DNA of 64,000 nucleotides, from NCBI GenBank assembly GCA_030265395.1, contig JARFYF010000053.1, positions 18,125,675 through 18,189,674 on the forward strand. Direction: 5' to 3'. Below are positions 1 through 13,100 of the stretch, in pieces. The notes under the pieces were generated by a model. It did no database searches. It was not told the DNA's origin and saw only the letters and a list, made by a program, of their open reading frames with translations. The position numbers were made by a program, and so were the translations under genes. How positions within the stretch are numbered: position 1 is the first letter of the stretch; each line of letters begins with the position of its first letter. The DNA comes from Rhina ancylostomus (lineage: Eukaryota).

Positions 1-385
1 CCCTTTCCTAGCCCCTCTCTTTTTACTGCTCACCATTTTTTTCCTCTCCTTCCCTTCCTCAAATGGAAGGCCTACCCATCTACTGGTGGATTTGCTCTCC
101 CCTCCTCCCCCACACCTGCTTATCACTATCTCTTACCTTCATCTACCTGTCATCACCTTATGCCCACCCTACCTCCCCTCTTTTATCCACCAATCACTGC
201 TCTGTTTCTCCCCCTCTTATATATTGGACTTCCCCTTTTCCTATCTTCAGTTCTGAAGAAGGGTCCTGACCTGAAATGTTGACCGTCTGTTCTTCTCCAC
301 AGATACTGCCTGGCCTGCTGAGTTCCTCCAGCATCTCGTTGTTTTTTCATCTGGATTCCAGCATCTGCAGTCCTTTTTTCTCTCT
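1..385 (+). mobile_element. Penelope-like element 3' terminal repeat (pyrimidine-rich segment, hammerhead motif, AGATRCTGCC...GCTGAGTTCCTCCAGCA...TCCAGCATCTGCAG tail)
   Basis: The same terminal unit directly follows PLE RT-like sequence at 2740-3155 and 34000-34310. Confidence 0.75.
248..285 (+). ncRNA. Minimal type-I hammerhead ribozyme motif (best-preserved core in window)
   Basis: cagtt-CTGAAGA-a-gggtc-ct-gacct-GAAA-tg-TT-gaccg: both core boxes intact, stem II pairs, stem I pairs with one mismatch. The stem III CG has decayed to TG. Confidence 0.7.
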
Positions 386-599
386 TGCCATTCCAGCATT
401 ATAACTCAGATCTCCAGCTGTCATAGCATTTCCCTCTTCTAATTTCAGACTTCATTCATCTTCACCTATTTACAGCTTCTCAGACATACTTTTTGTTATT
501 TACTAGCCATTATCAGCTGGCTTCCCTGCCATTGTCATTCCATCTCTCCTGCACTCTCCATTGCAGGCCCTGCTATTTATTTTCCCCACCCTTACTTCC

Positions 600-738
600 T
601 TTCCCTGAAACTTACAACTTTTTCTAACTTTCCTCAGTTTTGTTGAAAGGTTATCAATGTGAAATGTTAACCAAGTTTCCCTTTCCGCAAATGTTACCTG
701 GTGTTGAATACTTCCAGCCTTTTCTGTTTTATTATATG
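600..738 (+). mobile_element. Older, decayed PLE-type terminal repeat
   Basis: cagttttgttgaaaggttatcaatgtgaaatgttaacc...cttccagccttttctgtttttatt resembles the other terminal units. Confidence 0.5.
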
Positions 739-965
739 AAATGTGCATGAGATAGAGGGGGCTCCCTGGGTTATGAATGACCCAACTTAATCTGATTTGA
801 CACAAATTCTTCCACACATGTATGGCATGATCTACTTGGTTGGCACACAAGTTTTTCTCTGTATCTTGGTAAACAATAATAAACCAATAATCAATAAAAC
901 TTTTAAAGCATTTTCCAAGTTAGTAATAATAAAATGCTTCATGGCATTCATTAATGACTGGATAC

Positions 966-1124
966 GGTATATATATTCTACCCAAGATCCAAACCCTAAC
1001 TGCCCCAGTAGACCCATTGTTTCCACCTGCTCCTGTCCCACTGAACTTGTGTCCTCATATCTCAACTTCATTTTGTCCCCCTTGTTCCAGTCCCTTCCCA
1101 CATACATCTGTGACACTCTGCATG
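966..1124 (+). mobile_element. Penelope-like reverse transcriptase fragment (frameshifted)
   Basis: YILPKI / PNCPSRPIVSTCSCPTELVSSYLNFILSPLFQSLPTYICDT matches the PLE RT pattern Y.LPK.HK...RPIVS. Confidence 0.85.
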
Positions 1125-1224
1125 NNNNNNNNNNNNNNNNNNNNNNNNNNNNNNNNNNNNNNNNNNNNNNNNNNNNNNNNNNNNNNNNNNNNNNNNNNNN
1201 NNNNNNNNNNNNNNNNNNNNNNNN

Positions 1225-1445
1225 ACACAAAGGGTGGTGGGTATATGGAATGAGCAGTCTGAGGAAGTGGTTGAGGCAGGTACAATAACAACATTTAAAA
1301 GACATCTGGACAGGTACATGGATAGGAAAGGTTTAGAGGATATGGGCCAAATGCGGGCAAATGGAACAAGCTTAGATGGGCATCTTGGTCAGCATGGATG
1401 AGTTGAGCTGAAGGGCCTGTTTCTGTGTTGTAAAACTCATTGACG
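1225..1445 (+). mobile_element. CR1/HER1-like LINE 3' end
   Basis: gtatatggaatgagc...gaggcaggtacaataacaacatttaaaagacatctggacaggtacatgga...gaagggcctgtttctgtgttgta; the same tail occurs at ~18900-19140 and ~62380-62590. Confidence 0.85.
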
Positions 1446-2517
1446 AACTGAATTTAAGGCCCAATCCTTTCTCAACCCTTGATCCTCTCCCCTCCCCCCA
1501 ATCTTCCCTCATGCTTAGATCTTGATTCTCCCCAATTCTCTGCTCCAATGCTCTCTCTGCTCCAAGAGTCCTGCTACCCAGAGTGATCAATCCTCTCTCT
1601 CTGCCTTCCCCAGTGACTAACTCCCTGGTGACCCTTTCACTACTACTTCTCCAAAACACTGCCCAACTGACCTCCGAGGAGAGCTCTTTGGGGGCTTTCT
1701 TCACAACATCCAAGTGAACTAGTCCACTGGGAAGCAAGCTGCAGGGACCTGATGATTGCTTTCCCACCAACATAGCACCGACCTTTACCCAGTGAAGAGA
1801 ATTACCTCCCAGAAGATTCATTGTGCCTAGTGTTCCAGAATCATAAATAATAGCCCCTGTCTACAGAACTGCCTTGACAGAAGGTGAAGCCATATCTCCC
1901 AGCTTGCCAGCTGTCAAAACCGTCAAAGAGATTGAATATCTCTGACACCCACAAGTATTCAAAAGCTATTAAAAATTAAATTTTCCATTAAAAACACTTA
2001 AGATCATTAGAAAAAAACACACACAAAACACTGGAAAACATTTGAAAGCAATTTAGTATGTTTATATTCATTCAATTATATCAAAATAATGTAAAATACC
2101 TTCTTCAGTTGCAGTATATTCTCCATTCAAATGAACAGGCTCACTTGACTTGTATCAGGTCTAACTCCTGGAAATCTACAGAGTCCCATGAGGAGTCCAA
2201 TGCCAGAGCATCATCAGGAGATCATTCATGATCCACCATACAGAGGAATGCACAAGGGTCCCAAACTTCCGCACTGATACCCAAACTTCCGCACAGCCAC
2301 TAATATGAAAGGTTTCAGTTCTGCACAAAATTGTTGGCATTTCTGCTGAAGTTAAGGTCAACAAATTTGACTTTGATCATTTGTATTGCATTTTGGGGGC
2401 AAGTCTCTCTACGGTACAGTAAAATGATTTGCAATTTGACAGAACATTTTTCTGATCATGCAGTGCAAGATATGACTTTACAGGTTCGCTTGGCATTTAA
2501 TCAATCATCCCGCCCCA

Positions 2518-2738
2518 AGACATTACTGCAGGGCAGCATCCTGGGCCCAACCAATTTCAGCTGCTTCACTAATGACCCTCCTTCCAGGAATGAGAATGTT
2601 TGTTGACAAATTCCCCTCACAATTCCTCAGCAAATGAAGTAGCTCGTGCCTGCATGCACCAAGACCCAGACAACATTTAGTCATTGGCTGATAAGTGACA
2701 AGTAACAAGCTGCCAGGTCGTGGCCATCTCCAGCAAGG
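2518..2738 (+). mobile_element. CR1-clade RT fragment
   Basis: QGSILGPTNFSCFTNDPPS corresponds to the RT motif PQGS.LGP..F...INDL. Confidence 0.7.
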
Positions 2739-2739
2739 A

Positions 2740-3155
2740 GCAATGTCGATCTCCATCGAGTCCCTGTACACTTTCATTCCCCATCAGGAACGGGTCTTTG
2801 TACACTTCCATTCCCCACCAGGGAGGCTTTGAGGCTTTCTTGACAACAGACCCAACCAGTTCCCTTCCACTACCACGCTCCTCTGTCCAGCAGAACTGGT
2901 ACTCAACCTCAACAACTTCTCTTTCAGCTCCTCCCACTTTCTCCACAGGTGTAGCCATGGGCACTCACATGCCTGCCTTTTCATCGGCTGTGTGGAACCG
3001 TCCATGTTCCAAGCCTGCACCAGAAATGCTCTCCAACTCTTTCTCCGCTACAGAGTCCTAATGAAGGGTTTTGACACGAAACATCGACTGATTATTTCCC
3101 TCCATAGATGCTGCCTGACCTGCTGAGTTCCTCCAGCATTTTACATGTGTTGCTG
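2740..3155 (+). mobile_element. Internally deleted Penelope-like element: RT fragment fused to hammerhead-bearing terminus
   Basis: SLYTSIPHQGG and GVAMGTHM (PLE RT motifs) are followed directly by the terminal repeat. Confidence 0.8.
3054..3089 (+). ncRNA. Minimal hammerhead motif, core mutated
   Basis: agtc-CTAATGA-a-gggtt-tt-gacac-GAAA-ca-TC-gact; stem I agtc/gact is perfect; G5 changed to A. Confidence 0.65.
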
Positions 3156-3339
3156 CAGCTTATATTCCATTAGTTTAATTATGGGTAGTGTTAGAGTATT
3201 ATCCAATGAAATGATAAAATATGCAAGTAATCAGTGTGTAGAATGATAGAATGGGTGGCTAAAGAAAATGGACTTGCGGAGAAATTGGCTTATGGACAGT
3301 TCTCAGTAATGAAAACCTTACACAAGACTGCTCATATAT

Positions 3340-3628
3340 AAAAATGAGCCTCACTCTGATAGTGAGACCTTCCAGGGTCTCATACTGAAACATTGTTGGA
3401 GGGCAGTGTGGTGTAGCAGGGCAGGTGGTAGGGGACCTTTGCCTTGTAAGCGTTGAGTATAAAGGCCATCCTCATGTAGGTTTCAGTTAATGAGTCAATG
3501 ATGGCTTGAAGCTTGGCCTCCAAATACTCACAGTTGCAAGCATCACCCAATGTAGCTCAGTACTGAGGCTCAGGTGACACAAAGAGTATTTTCTCCAGGT
3601 TGAACAATTTCCCATCAGTGCTGAAAAT
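3340..3628 (-). mobile_element. Decayed RTE-clade LINE fragment
   Basis: Minus strand reads STDGKLFNL; sequence resembles the RTE copy at ~59450-59700. Confidence 0.6.
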
Positions 3629-3914
3629 CAGATCTACTCTCATAGCATTTTGTTTGGAGGCATGATACAACATTGCAGGGACAAAAGGAAGAAGAATAGG
3701 TAAATGTTGTTTGAAAATTGTTCTGAAAATATAAATGATTCACAGCAGCAATGAGGATGTGCAAGCTTACCTTTCGGATTATTTAAGGTATAAACATAAT
3801 GGGTGACCTTTCTTTCACCATTTCTTTTCCATCTCCTTCCATTGGACAGAGTGTAAAATACTTGGTTATTTTGTGGTTTTTTCAAGATGAATTTCGTATT
3901 GAAAATGAAAGAAA

Positions 3915-4077
3915 AAACACCAGCAGTTGCTGGAAATCTGAAACAAAAATAGAAGTGATGAAAATATGCAGCAGGTCAGGCAGCATCTGTGGAAGTAGAA
4001 ATAATTAACGATTCAGGTCCAGGTGTCAGGTTAGGGTCCTGTCTGCCCTGCTAAGTTTTTCCAGCACTTTGTTTTTA
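3915..4077. mobile_element. Inverted pair of PLE-type termini (short hairpin element)
   Basis: Minus-strand unit (gctggaaatctgaaacaaaaatagaa...gcaggtcaggcagcatctgtgg) followed by plus-strand unit (ccctgctaagtttttccagcactttgttttt). Confidence 0.6.
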
Positions 4078-5949
4078 GTCAAATACCAAACATGGGACCA
4101 GATCATTAACCAAAATCTCAGCCAAAAATCAACAGTATTTATGACATTCAGAGTCACAAATTCCAGCTGGGGAACCCAAATACATGGTCCCTGGACATCT
4201 CCACTACCTTACAACCCACGACAGAAACCTTGTGACCTGCCTGTAACCACCTCACCTCCACAATCTCCCTGATGCTTATTACCAACACTTTCCTGGTATT
4301 GACTCATGCTGATTGGAATTCAGTTGAATCATCTTCCACCCCTCTTCATTGCTTGCTAGCATCAGGAAGAACAGTTTTGAAACAGTAGGAAGTAAATTCA
4401 AGATCTGAGCTTAGAGCAACCCAATGTTTCAACCCACTGACCCATGTAACCCTCCACTAATTACACTTCTGGTGTCTATGAATTTCAATTGAATTTCTAC
4501 TTGGAATCACTCGCTTGCATTTTGCATTAATGTAGTTGAGTATGACAGGATATGCAACACATAATTCCAGTGATAAAGGTAATGAATTCTGCAATACTTG
4601 TTGTCATTTTTTCCTTGTAATCAACAGTGTAAATGCAAGGTCAAACATGATAAATCACAATCATGAATAACTATTGATTGTAAACCACTGAAAAAGTGAA
4701 CTCTTGACTTCATGGTACTTTGAAATAAACAAGTATCATAGAGCAGAGGTACTGTTTATTTTCAAGCAAAAAAAGGCTTCTATCGGTAAAGTGGTTGCTC
4801 CAATTCTCAAAAATTCTCAAAGCATATGGTAAGCAATTGATTGGTTTGACATGGGCAGCCTTTGTCATGTTAGTAGATAAGTCAGACATTTTAAAACACA
4901 GTGCAAAGCTACAAACAATAATAATATGAATGATGACCTCATTTTGCCCATATCAAAGTGGTCTACATAGGAACCTTGGACAACATGAGAATACTCAGGT
5001 CTTCTCCGAACACTTGAGTAATGTCACAGGATTTTGGAAAATGGAAATGGCTTCAGTTTATTATTTCATCAGACAAGTACCTTNNNNNNNNNNNNNNNNN
5101 NNNNNNNNNNNNNNNNNNNNNNNNNNNNNNNNNNNNNNNNNNNNNNNNNNNNNNNNNNNNNNNNNNNNNNNNNNNNNNNNNNNGACAAGTACCTTTGATA
5201 TCCCTCTGTCACAGTGGAATTGGAATTACACTTAAAATCTTCTTACTCAGAGGTGAATGCCTTACCATCTTGAGCCCTGCTGAAAACTTGGAGAGTTCAT
5301 CAAATCTCGGTGAAGTGTCAGTAATATTAAAGGCTATGATATATCCCTTTGGCAAAGGAAGAATTGCCCTCAAATTGCACTTTATAATTGGACATTCTAC
5401 ACTTTATATTTGAAGGAGGTATAATATTAAGACAGCCAACAGACAAAATTCCCTTCCTGACTTTTCTACAAAATATCAAAGAAAGGAAATTGCCACTAGG
5501 GTTAAGATGAAAGGTATATGCTCCTTTAGAAAGGGTTGATTTGGATGGAGAAAGACACTTACTAAAACCTTGCCCTGAACCCGCTCTAACAGCCAAAAAG
5601 AGCAAAGGCTAATTGAAAGCATGATAAAAAAAAGCAAGAGAACAATTTACCCTGATGTGAACATTGTGCTATTCACATGAAAGGATGCAGCCATATCTGC
5701 CAGTGGAAGGAATTTGATCAAAATTGTATGGAGAACAAGAGCTGACATAGCAGGAACTGGATATAATGAATATGGTGAACAAAGTGTTTCAGGCAATTAA
5801 ATAACATTTATATAGCTTTACCATGAGGGTAACTATTTAGTGCAGTCATATACAATCAAAAATTAGATGCAAAAGCATGGAGAACCAATCAGAAGGGAGA
5901 GATATTTTTTTAGCCATAGGAAGACTTAACTGACATTTCTGCCCTGTAA

Positions 5950-6066
5950 AATAAAAAAAAAACAAAATGTGATGGAAATGGAGAAAGAAACAATGTTAAC
6001 ATTTCAGGTTGGTGGCCTTTTATTAGATTTTTTCCACAGAATTACCAGCACTTTGTTTTTATATTT
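5950..6066. mobile_element. Decayed inverted pair of PLE-type termini
   Basis: aacaaaatgtgatggaaatggagaaagaaacaatgttaacatttcagg followed by tttccacagaattaccagcactttgtttttatattt. Confidence 0.5.
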
Positions 6067-6098
6067 GATCTGTGATGTTTGTTGCTTTTAGTTTACTG

Positions 6099-7143
6099 CC
6101 CTCCCCCAGTCCAGAAAAATGAAAGGAAAAGCGTATCCATATTTATTTTGCAGATCACATTCCTGTGGTTTTTCTACCTAGTGCTGTCTAATAGTTGCTC
6201 CTTTATACAAACACATACACTACCCTTTTATATCTACCTCTCCAGCTGTATGATCCTGTGGTCATTGGTCTGAACAGATTTAAGGATGGGGTGCAACACT
6301 TAACAAATACTCACCCTCTCATTCTGTTGAATCTGCTGGCCACATAATGGGTCATTAATGTACCTCAGATGAGCCCCCAAATGTTGTGATTGTGAACTGA
6401 GTCACTGAAGCTGGTAGATATAAACAGGCCTACTGGAGGACTAATTGTCCTCTCCCCACATTCAACAGTAAAGTGATGGTTTATATTTTAAACACAAAGA
6501 CAACAATGAACAATTAACTACAGTTTCAATGGGAAAATTACCTACTTAACTTTCACATTTTGAGTATAGACAAGTAACTTCTGCAGTCCCAACTGGCAGA
6601 ACACCTTTGAATATTCAAATACTGATGTCTGTTCCAAGGTGTTTGGACCACAAAACACCAGACACCCAAAATATACTGTGATTGTTACCCTACTGAGGGG
6701 TGGCTCCCTGGATGTACAAGCTGCCAGAATATTAAGTGACAAAACATACACGTTCTGAACTTGGTATTAAGTGGCAGGGATATTTCTTTAATTGTGTGTT
6801 AGTACATGGGATGACTGCTTAATAGCTTCCCTGATCTCATCATGAAGGGTTCAATAAGGATCAATTAACATGAACATTCATCTATAGTCATCCCCTGCAT
6901 CGTTACGTTACGAGATCAGAATGGCCAGCAGCCGACGATTGATTTCAATAGCCTTTAAGTATCATTGGAAGTTAAAGTGTGAACAGTTTTTTTTAAAAAC
7001 TGGTTCTCATTTAAATTAATGCATGCAATCCACAAAATTCCAAAACTCCAAAATAATCTCAAACACCCTCTCCCTGGTCCAGAAAAATTAAAGGAAAATT
7101 TCGTCCACATTTATTATGCAGTTCACATATTCTTGTGTTTTTC
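6099..7143 (+). repeat. Dispersed ~77 bp direct repeat (6099-6174 and 7066-7143)
   Basis: Both copies share ccctc..c..gtccagaaaaat.aaaggaaaa...tcca.atttatt.tgcag.tcacat. Confidence 0.8.
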
Positions 7144-9673
7144 ATTCAAAATGTTGCTTCAATTTATCCTCAGTATGAATATGGAAATTTGAACTTTTCC
7201 TAGGTCAGCTCATTGCCATAAAGTATTTCACCATCCAGTAAGGTAGGGGTGAGGATTTGGTGTGTTGCCTGTTAATAAAAGTATTACTGTGGTAGCAAGC
7301 GACAAAATAACGACACTAATTCAAAAACTCTTACAACTTTTAAAGTGACTCAAAAGGCTTTCCAATCCATTGTTGTTTTGGCATATTTAAAGGAAGGTGG
7401 GGCAAAGGCAGGAGGGGAAAACTGCCATGCAAAATTGAATTGAATTGAAACCATATATAGGAGAAACAAAATGGAACCGGGGAGATAGCAGCTTGAATTG
7501 TCTGTTTCATGGCTGATGGCTGGGATGTTATACTATATCAGATGTATGCCAGATGTGTTGTCAATTTTGGCATTTGGTGTAATCTGCAGTTCATTATGCC
7601 GCCGTTCAGGATCCTTACACTAAGGATCCATGGCCAGAAGCTGTGATGTGGTTGTGGTGGAGTTTGACTGAGGATCAGAACACAAAACTCTGGCACTGCT
7701 ACGGGGATGAACAGAAGCTTATGAAAACAATGCCCTTCTAGCAATATAAGAGAAGCCTGCCTTTGCTTGTGTTTGTCATTTGGAAGATAACAGCAGGGGA
7801 ACATNNNNNNNNNNNNNNNNNNNNNNNNNNNNNNNNNNNNNNNNNNNNNNNNNNNCCTTGAAACAACACCATATACAGCAGAGTTTCTATGTTCAAACAA
7901 AGCTGGCAGTGCCAAAACAAGCAAATCATTTCCACAACTGGCTGTCCACAAAGATCGTGCTGGAAAATAATTCATAAAGGCTTGAAAATGAGTCTACAAA
8001 ACCACACTACTTCTTGAGTCAATAAATGTAACTAAACAACTTGCACATCCATGTTATTGGGTGAACTGATGAATGCTCCCTAACGTAAATCACTCTGAAA
8101 TTATTTGGAGTTTTAAATAGTATTCCTGGGATTCCTTCACTGATCTCATCAGGTTCAACTGCATATAACCTCGACTTATACTTCTTGTTGGTTATGTCCA
8201 ATTACACATTGACAATATTAATTCTAAAATTTAGTCTGTTGCATATGATTTACAGACCTAATGATAATATATTCCGTCTGTTGAAAATTATTCACTAGTG
8301 TTTGCTGTAAATCTCAACAAACTTTAGATGTTATAATTTCATGGGATTTAGTGTTACTTTAATTTCTAGAGGTCAAATAATGATCCCATTTAATTCTCAG
8401 TTTCGAAATCCTGAATGTTTTTTCATCATCCCTCATTTTGCCTCTGATGGGGGAGCAACAGAACCCTCAAGAACATGGCATTAATGTACTTATCTGGGAG
8501 ACTGGAGAAAAGGCTGAAGACTGGAATAACCTCTGAGGAATTACAGAACCTGTGGTTAACAAATGCGAAAGGAATCCTGAAGAACCAATGAGAAATTCTG
8601 CAGCTTGTTAATAAGTCAGAGATGATAATCCAAGATTCCTGCTGGCATTTTTTGGCCAGAAGTGTGCATTGCATGGAGTCTTTGAAGTCACATAACATTT
8701 ATGTGCATGATTTGATGCGATTCAATTTACAATCATCAACAGACCTTCATGTCTTGATTGTGTATTCATGGTTGTGGATTCAATAAAAATGTGCCAGTAC
8801 ATAATAAACATAATTTTCAGGTGCACAGCTCCCAAACGGGGAAGATCCAGCAATTAAGCATAAGCAGTATTGAACTACCTAAACTTTTATGAGTAGTTTG
8901 TTAGGCTGAGTCTTCATAGGGTTTGTGGGTCTTGGCTTGGACAGCTCTGCCTGAGAATCTCCTGAAGTTATAAAGAGAGCCTTTGAAGTTTGCTTCAGAT
9001 AGTATTTTAGTTCAAAAATATACTTTAAATTTTCGATGAGTAGATTTAAAATGAAGGTTTTTAAAATCAATTATGTTGAAAAAACTACAGGTGTTCTGCT
9101 AGACTTGGATATGCACTTTCAAGAATCAGATCAAAATCTTAATGTCCAAATAAAAAAACAAATCTGGTAAATGTGAAATGGCAGTTCCCATAATGCAGTT
9201 GTAGAGCTAACAAGGAAAAAGATAAATAATTTGAAACATACTGTAAGATCTGTGTAAAAACAAGTTGGCTTCCTAATGTCTGTTCTTTCAGGACATGGGC
9301 TTGTACTTACAACTCCCAGCAGGATAAACTCCTCAAGTCAGCTGCAATGAACAGCAAAAGTGTGCGAGGTGTTGAGGGGCTTCTCCTTGCGAAATGATGC
9401 ATTGCCTAAAAAGGAAAACTTAAGAGTGGAATAAGTAACAAAGTGAAGGCAGAAATTGCTCAAAGCCTGATCTCTGATAACTTGAAACAATTAAATTTCC
9501 TGTAGCAAATGCACTATTGGCTCTCTACTACCTCAGAGTTACCATTGATGAGCAGCTGTGTGTGTATGCAGGTGAGCGAATAAGTGCAAGTGCGCTGAAG
9601 AATCTGCAATATTAACACACGTAGTATACTTTGCAGTATAATCTTCTGGTTGGAGATCCAATTATCGTGAGCA

Positions 9674-9738
9674 AGAATTGTTACAAACCATTGCTGTAAA
9701 ACAGAATTGTTGCAAACTTTTGCTGTAAAGCAGAATTT
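9674..9738. repeat. 29-bp tandem repeat, ~2.2 copies
   Basis: agaattgttacaaaccattgctgtaaaac / agaattgttgcaaacttttgctgtaaagc / agaattt. Confidence 0.85.
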
Positions 9739-9929
9739 TGGATAAAATTTCTGTTTGTCTTATCATTAACTTTCTTGCACAAGAGTTTGTTACAAGAACT
9801 AAAATACAGCATTGTTGAAAATGTACTACCCTCCTGATCAATAAAAAATTAAAGAATTTATTTGATTAATTACAAAAATTGGTGTGGTGGTGAAATCAAG
9901 GATTACATTTAAATATTAACCATCTTTGA

Positions 9930-10188
9930 GCCAGGTTCAAACTTAAGCATTGCCTTTGTGCAATTTGCACATTCTCCCTGTGAACGTCTGGGTTTCCTCC
10001 AGGTGCTCCGGTTTCATCCTACATCCTCAAAACATACGAGTCGTTAATTGGCCTTTGCAATTTGTCCCCAATGTACAGGTGATCAGTAGAATCTACAGGG
10101 AATATAAAATGGGATTCGTATAAATGGGTGCTTGATGGTTGTTGTGAACATAGACTGAAGGGCCAGGTTCTGTGCTGTATGACTCTAA
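9930..10188 (+). mobile_element. HE1-like V-SINE with CR1-type tail (5' truncated)
   Basis: B-box-like ggttcaaac, V-domain tgggtttcctccaggtgctccggtttc, tail ctgaagggcc..ttctgtgctgtatgactcta. Confidence 0.8.
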
Positions 10189-13100
10189 GACAATATTAAA
10201 CACTGATCAATCAGGAGTGAAACCTGCAACAATTATTTCACACTTCTTCAGTCTAAGAATTTAGTTAGACGAGGAAATCTAAAGATATGAAATGAAAATG
10301 GAAAAAAAAAAATCCCCTTCCACTATGATGCAGTTGATCTGGATTTTGCAGTCAGTGGTAAAGGGAGGAAGTCTCATGCCCACAAAGACCAGTTCTCTAT
10401 GTGGCATCAACTTCCCTTTTACTGATGTTGGTAGCTGCCAGGCATCATTGAAGTGAAGGCCTGAGTTCCATTGGCCATTATCTTATCAAACTGCTTGAAC
10501 AATTAATGCCGTTGAAGAATTTTTGCTGACACCAAACCAGGAAGGAAAAGGCTTAACTTTCAGCTAATATTTAAATCATTTGACTGAGCAGTAAATAAAG
10601 ATTGGAATAAATACATAAACCAAAGTAATATCATGAATGAAAATTTTGAAATTGAAAATATAATGATTCTTTTCATGTCCATTGAATTTTGCAATATTTA
10701 TGAGGTAATTACAATTCACTTGCACAATAGCCCAAAATTGTGAGTTAGTAGTGAATGACACTTTTTTTGCATGAACCTAAAAATCAAAATTCTTATTTAC
10801 CTTGTACATTGATTTCTGGAGATCATTGCATGTTCAACAGAACCATACAATTCAGCAGCAAAAATCTGTAAGGTCTTCCACTTGCAATGACTGACAAGCA
10901 AAATAAGCTTTGCTCTTGAAATGACTTTGACAGTGGGATGAACAGTGACCCCAGCTTACCTGCTATCAAACCTACCATAATACTTCTGCAAGTTTTTAGC
11001 ATTCAGAAATATTCCAAAAAGTATTTAAAAAATCATACTCTCAAAATGTTTTAAATATTGAAAGATCTATGACATTATAAAACATTTAAACAAGCTTGAA
11101 TAATTTTTTTTAGATCTGAAAATTTGCACAATTACTTTAATCCTTTAAAGCCATTCCCCTCCAATGGGATCAGTGAAGAGAAGCTTTTAAAATTAATTTT
11201 ACAGTGGAAGTCTTGAGGAAGAAAGCAAACTCACACCCTGCGGCTGGACAACACAGAGGGAGCATCATCGGAGTGAAATCAGGAAATGGCAGGTGAACAG
11301 CTCCAGAAAGTCTGCAGCAATAGAATTTGTCCAAACTGATTGTGAATATCTCAAACTTTGTCTCAACCTTCCATGTGGAACACTTAGCATTTACCACAAA
11401 GTCAGCCCAACATTAGATTGTTAAGGACATAGTTTGCTTAACTGCTAAAGGCTTAAATGTCATTAAGAAGTCATTTGGACCTCATGCAATAATGANNNNN
11501 NNNNNNNNNNNNNNNNNNNNNNNNNNNNNNNNNNNNNNNNNNNNNNNNNNNNNNNNNNNTTAAACTGGAGAAGCCGTGGTGTAGCTTTTAGTGGAGATCC
11601 GAATCACTAAAAAGGTACTTTGAGACATATATATTAAACTATACTTGTACAGAAATCTTCAATCTGCTGTTGGTTTCACAGAATAATGATACTGAATATT
11701 TAACCATTAATAAAATTACAGAATCCTAGCTATCAAATGTAATATCAAGAGCTAAATGATCTTTGGTCCCTTTATTTCCCACAATGCTGTTGTAATATGT
11801 CATGGATTAAAATATTAAAGATTAGGCTATTTCAATATATCACCTGAATCCCAAAAATGTGCTACATTCGCTTACAACTGTTACCATTGGTGACAAAAAT
11901 ACAGACTAATATTTCATAAAGGTTTAAATATTTTAATGCTGTTTTCATCTGATTTCACATTTTGCTTTGGTCAGCTGTCCTTGACTTGTGCTATGGTTTA
12001 CATTATTCATGTTCATTTTTAGTTTCAGCCAGTAATTTATCAATATATTACTTTTAATCCACTAGTACTTAATTTTGTTCATTCAATTTGAACCATCATG
12101 TGTGCAAAGGAAAATCTGTGAGCTAATGCTGACGTGAAATGAAACTTTAAATAGACTGAAACTTCCCTCTAGCTGGAATGAGGAAGAATGTTTCTGGTTA
12201 TTGGAAAAGCGTTCTCTCTTCTAATTAACAAGGCAAAAAAATGAAGTGAAAATAGGAGGTCAGCTAACGTTAAAGGAAGCAGTCACTGGGGGAGTTTGTC
12301 GGTTCATTGAGAAAAATCTGATGTTTTTCTATACAATCCATCTGAAGTTTTATTTTTATTTGCATGCCAATGCAAAGTTTATTCAAAGCCTTCAATGCAA
12401 ATTAGAAATCAAATTCAGTGAGTCAGCTCAGGGAAACTATTAAAATTCTAATTTTAAAACTAAACATTCATGTAATAGGGGTAAATCTTTTCAATGCAGA
12501 ATAGATGATAGCAAGTTAGTTACTCCTCATGCATGTGGTATTGTGGGCACTACCCAACTTGAGCCCCTCCTGAATTAATATTGTAACTTTTTGACTGCCA
12601 TCATTGCACTGTTTAATCTTGAACACTTACTAAGAAGCAGGACACCTGATTTGTTTTGTTAGTCATACAATTATTAAAACATGATGAGGTCACTGATAGT
12701 TTGCCTTGAAAACATATGAAGCCTACCATATTTCATTGCCAATTTCAAGATAAGCAGTAAACTGACTCTTGGTAAATGGACCACAGGCACTTATTTCTTA
12801 TCTGTGGTGACCCTATCATTATTTCTCCAATAGTTCAGTTGCTTATGCTGTATTCAGTGTAACATGCTGCCTGTGGGCTTCTTTAAGGCAATTGTCTCTG
12901 TGGACTAAAGGGGAAGGATTAAATTTTCCTTTATTCTCCCTTAGGTTACGTGGCAGTTCTTTTCTGAACTTCACGCTTATGTTCTCAGTGTGGGAGATCT
13001 GAATTTTTGAACACCTTATTTCAGGAGGGAACCCTATAAATTGTTCAGTTGTATTTCTCTGAATTTTAACCTAAAATGCAGAGATTAAGGCTAATGTATT

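Noticed and set aside
9674-9738. 29-bp repeat as a possible CRISPR-like array
   Set aside because: Head-to-tail with no spacers, only ~2 copies, and in a vertebrate context.
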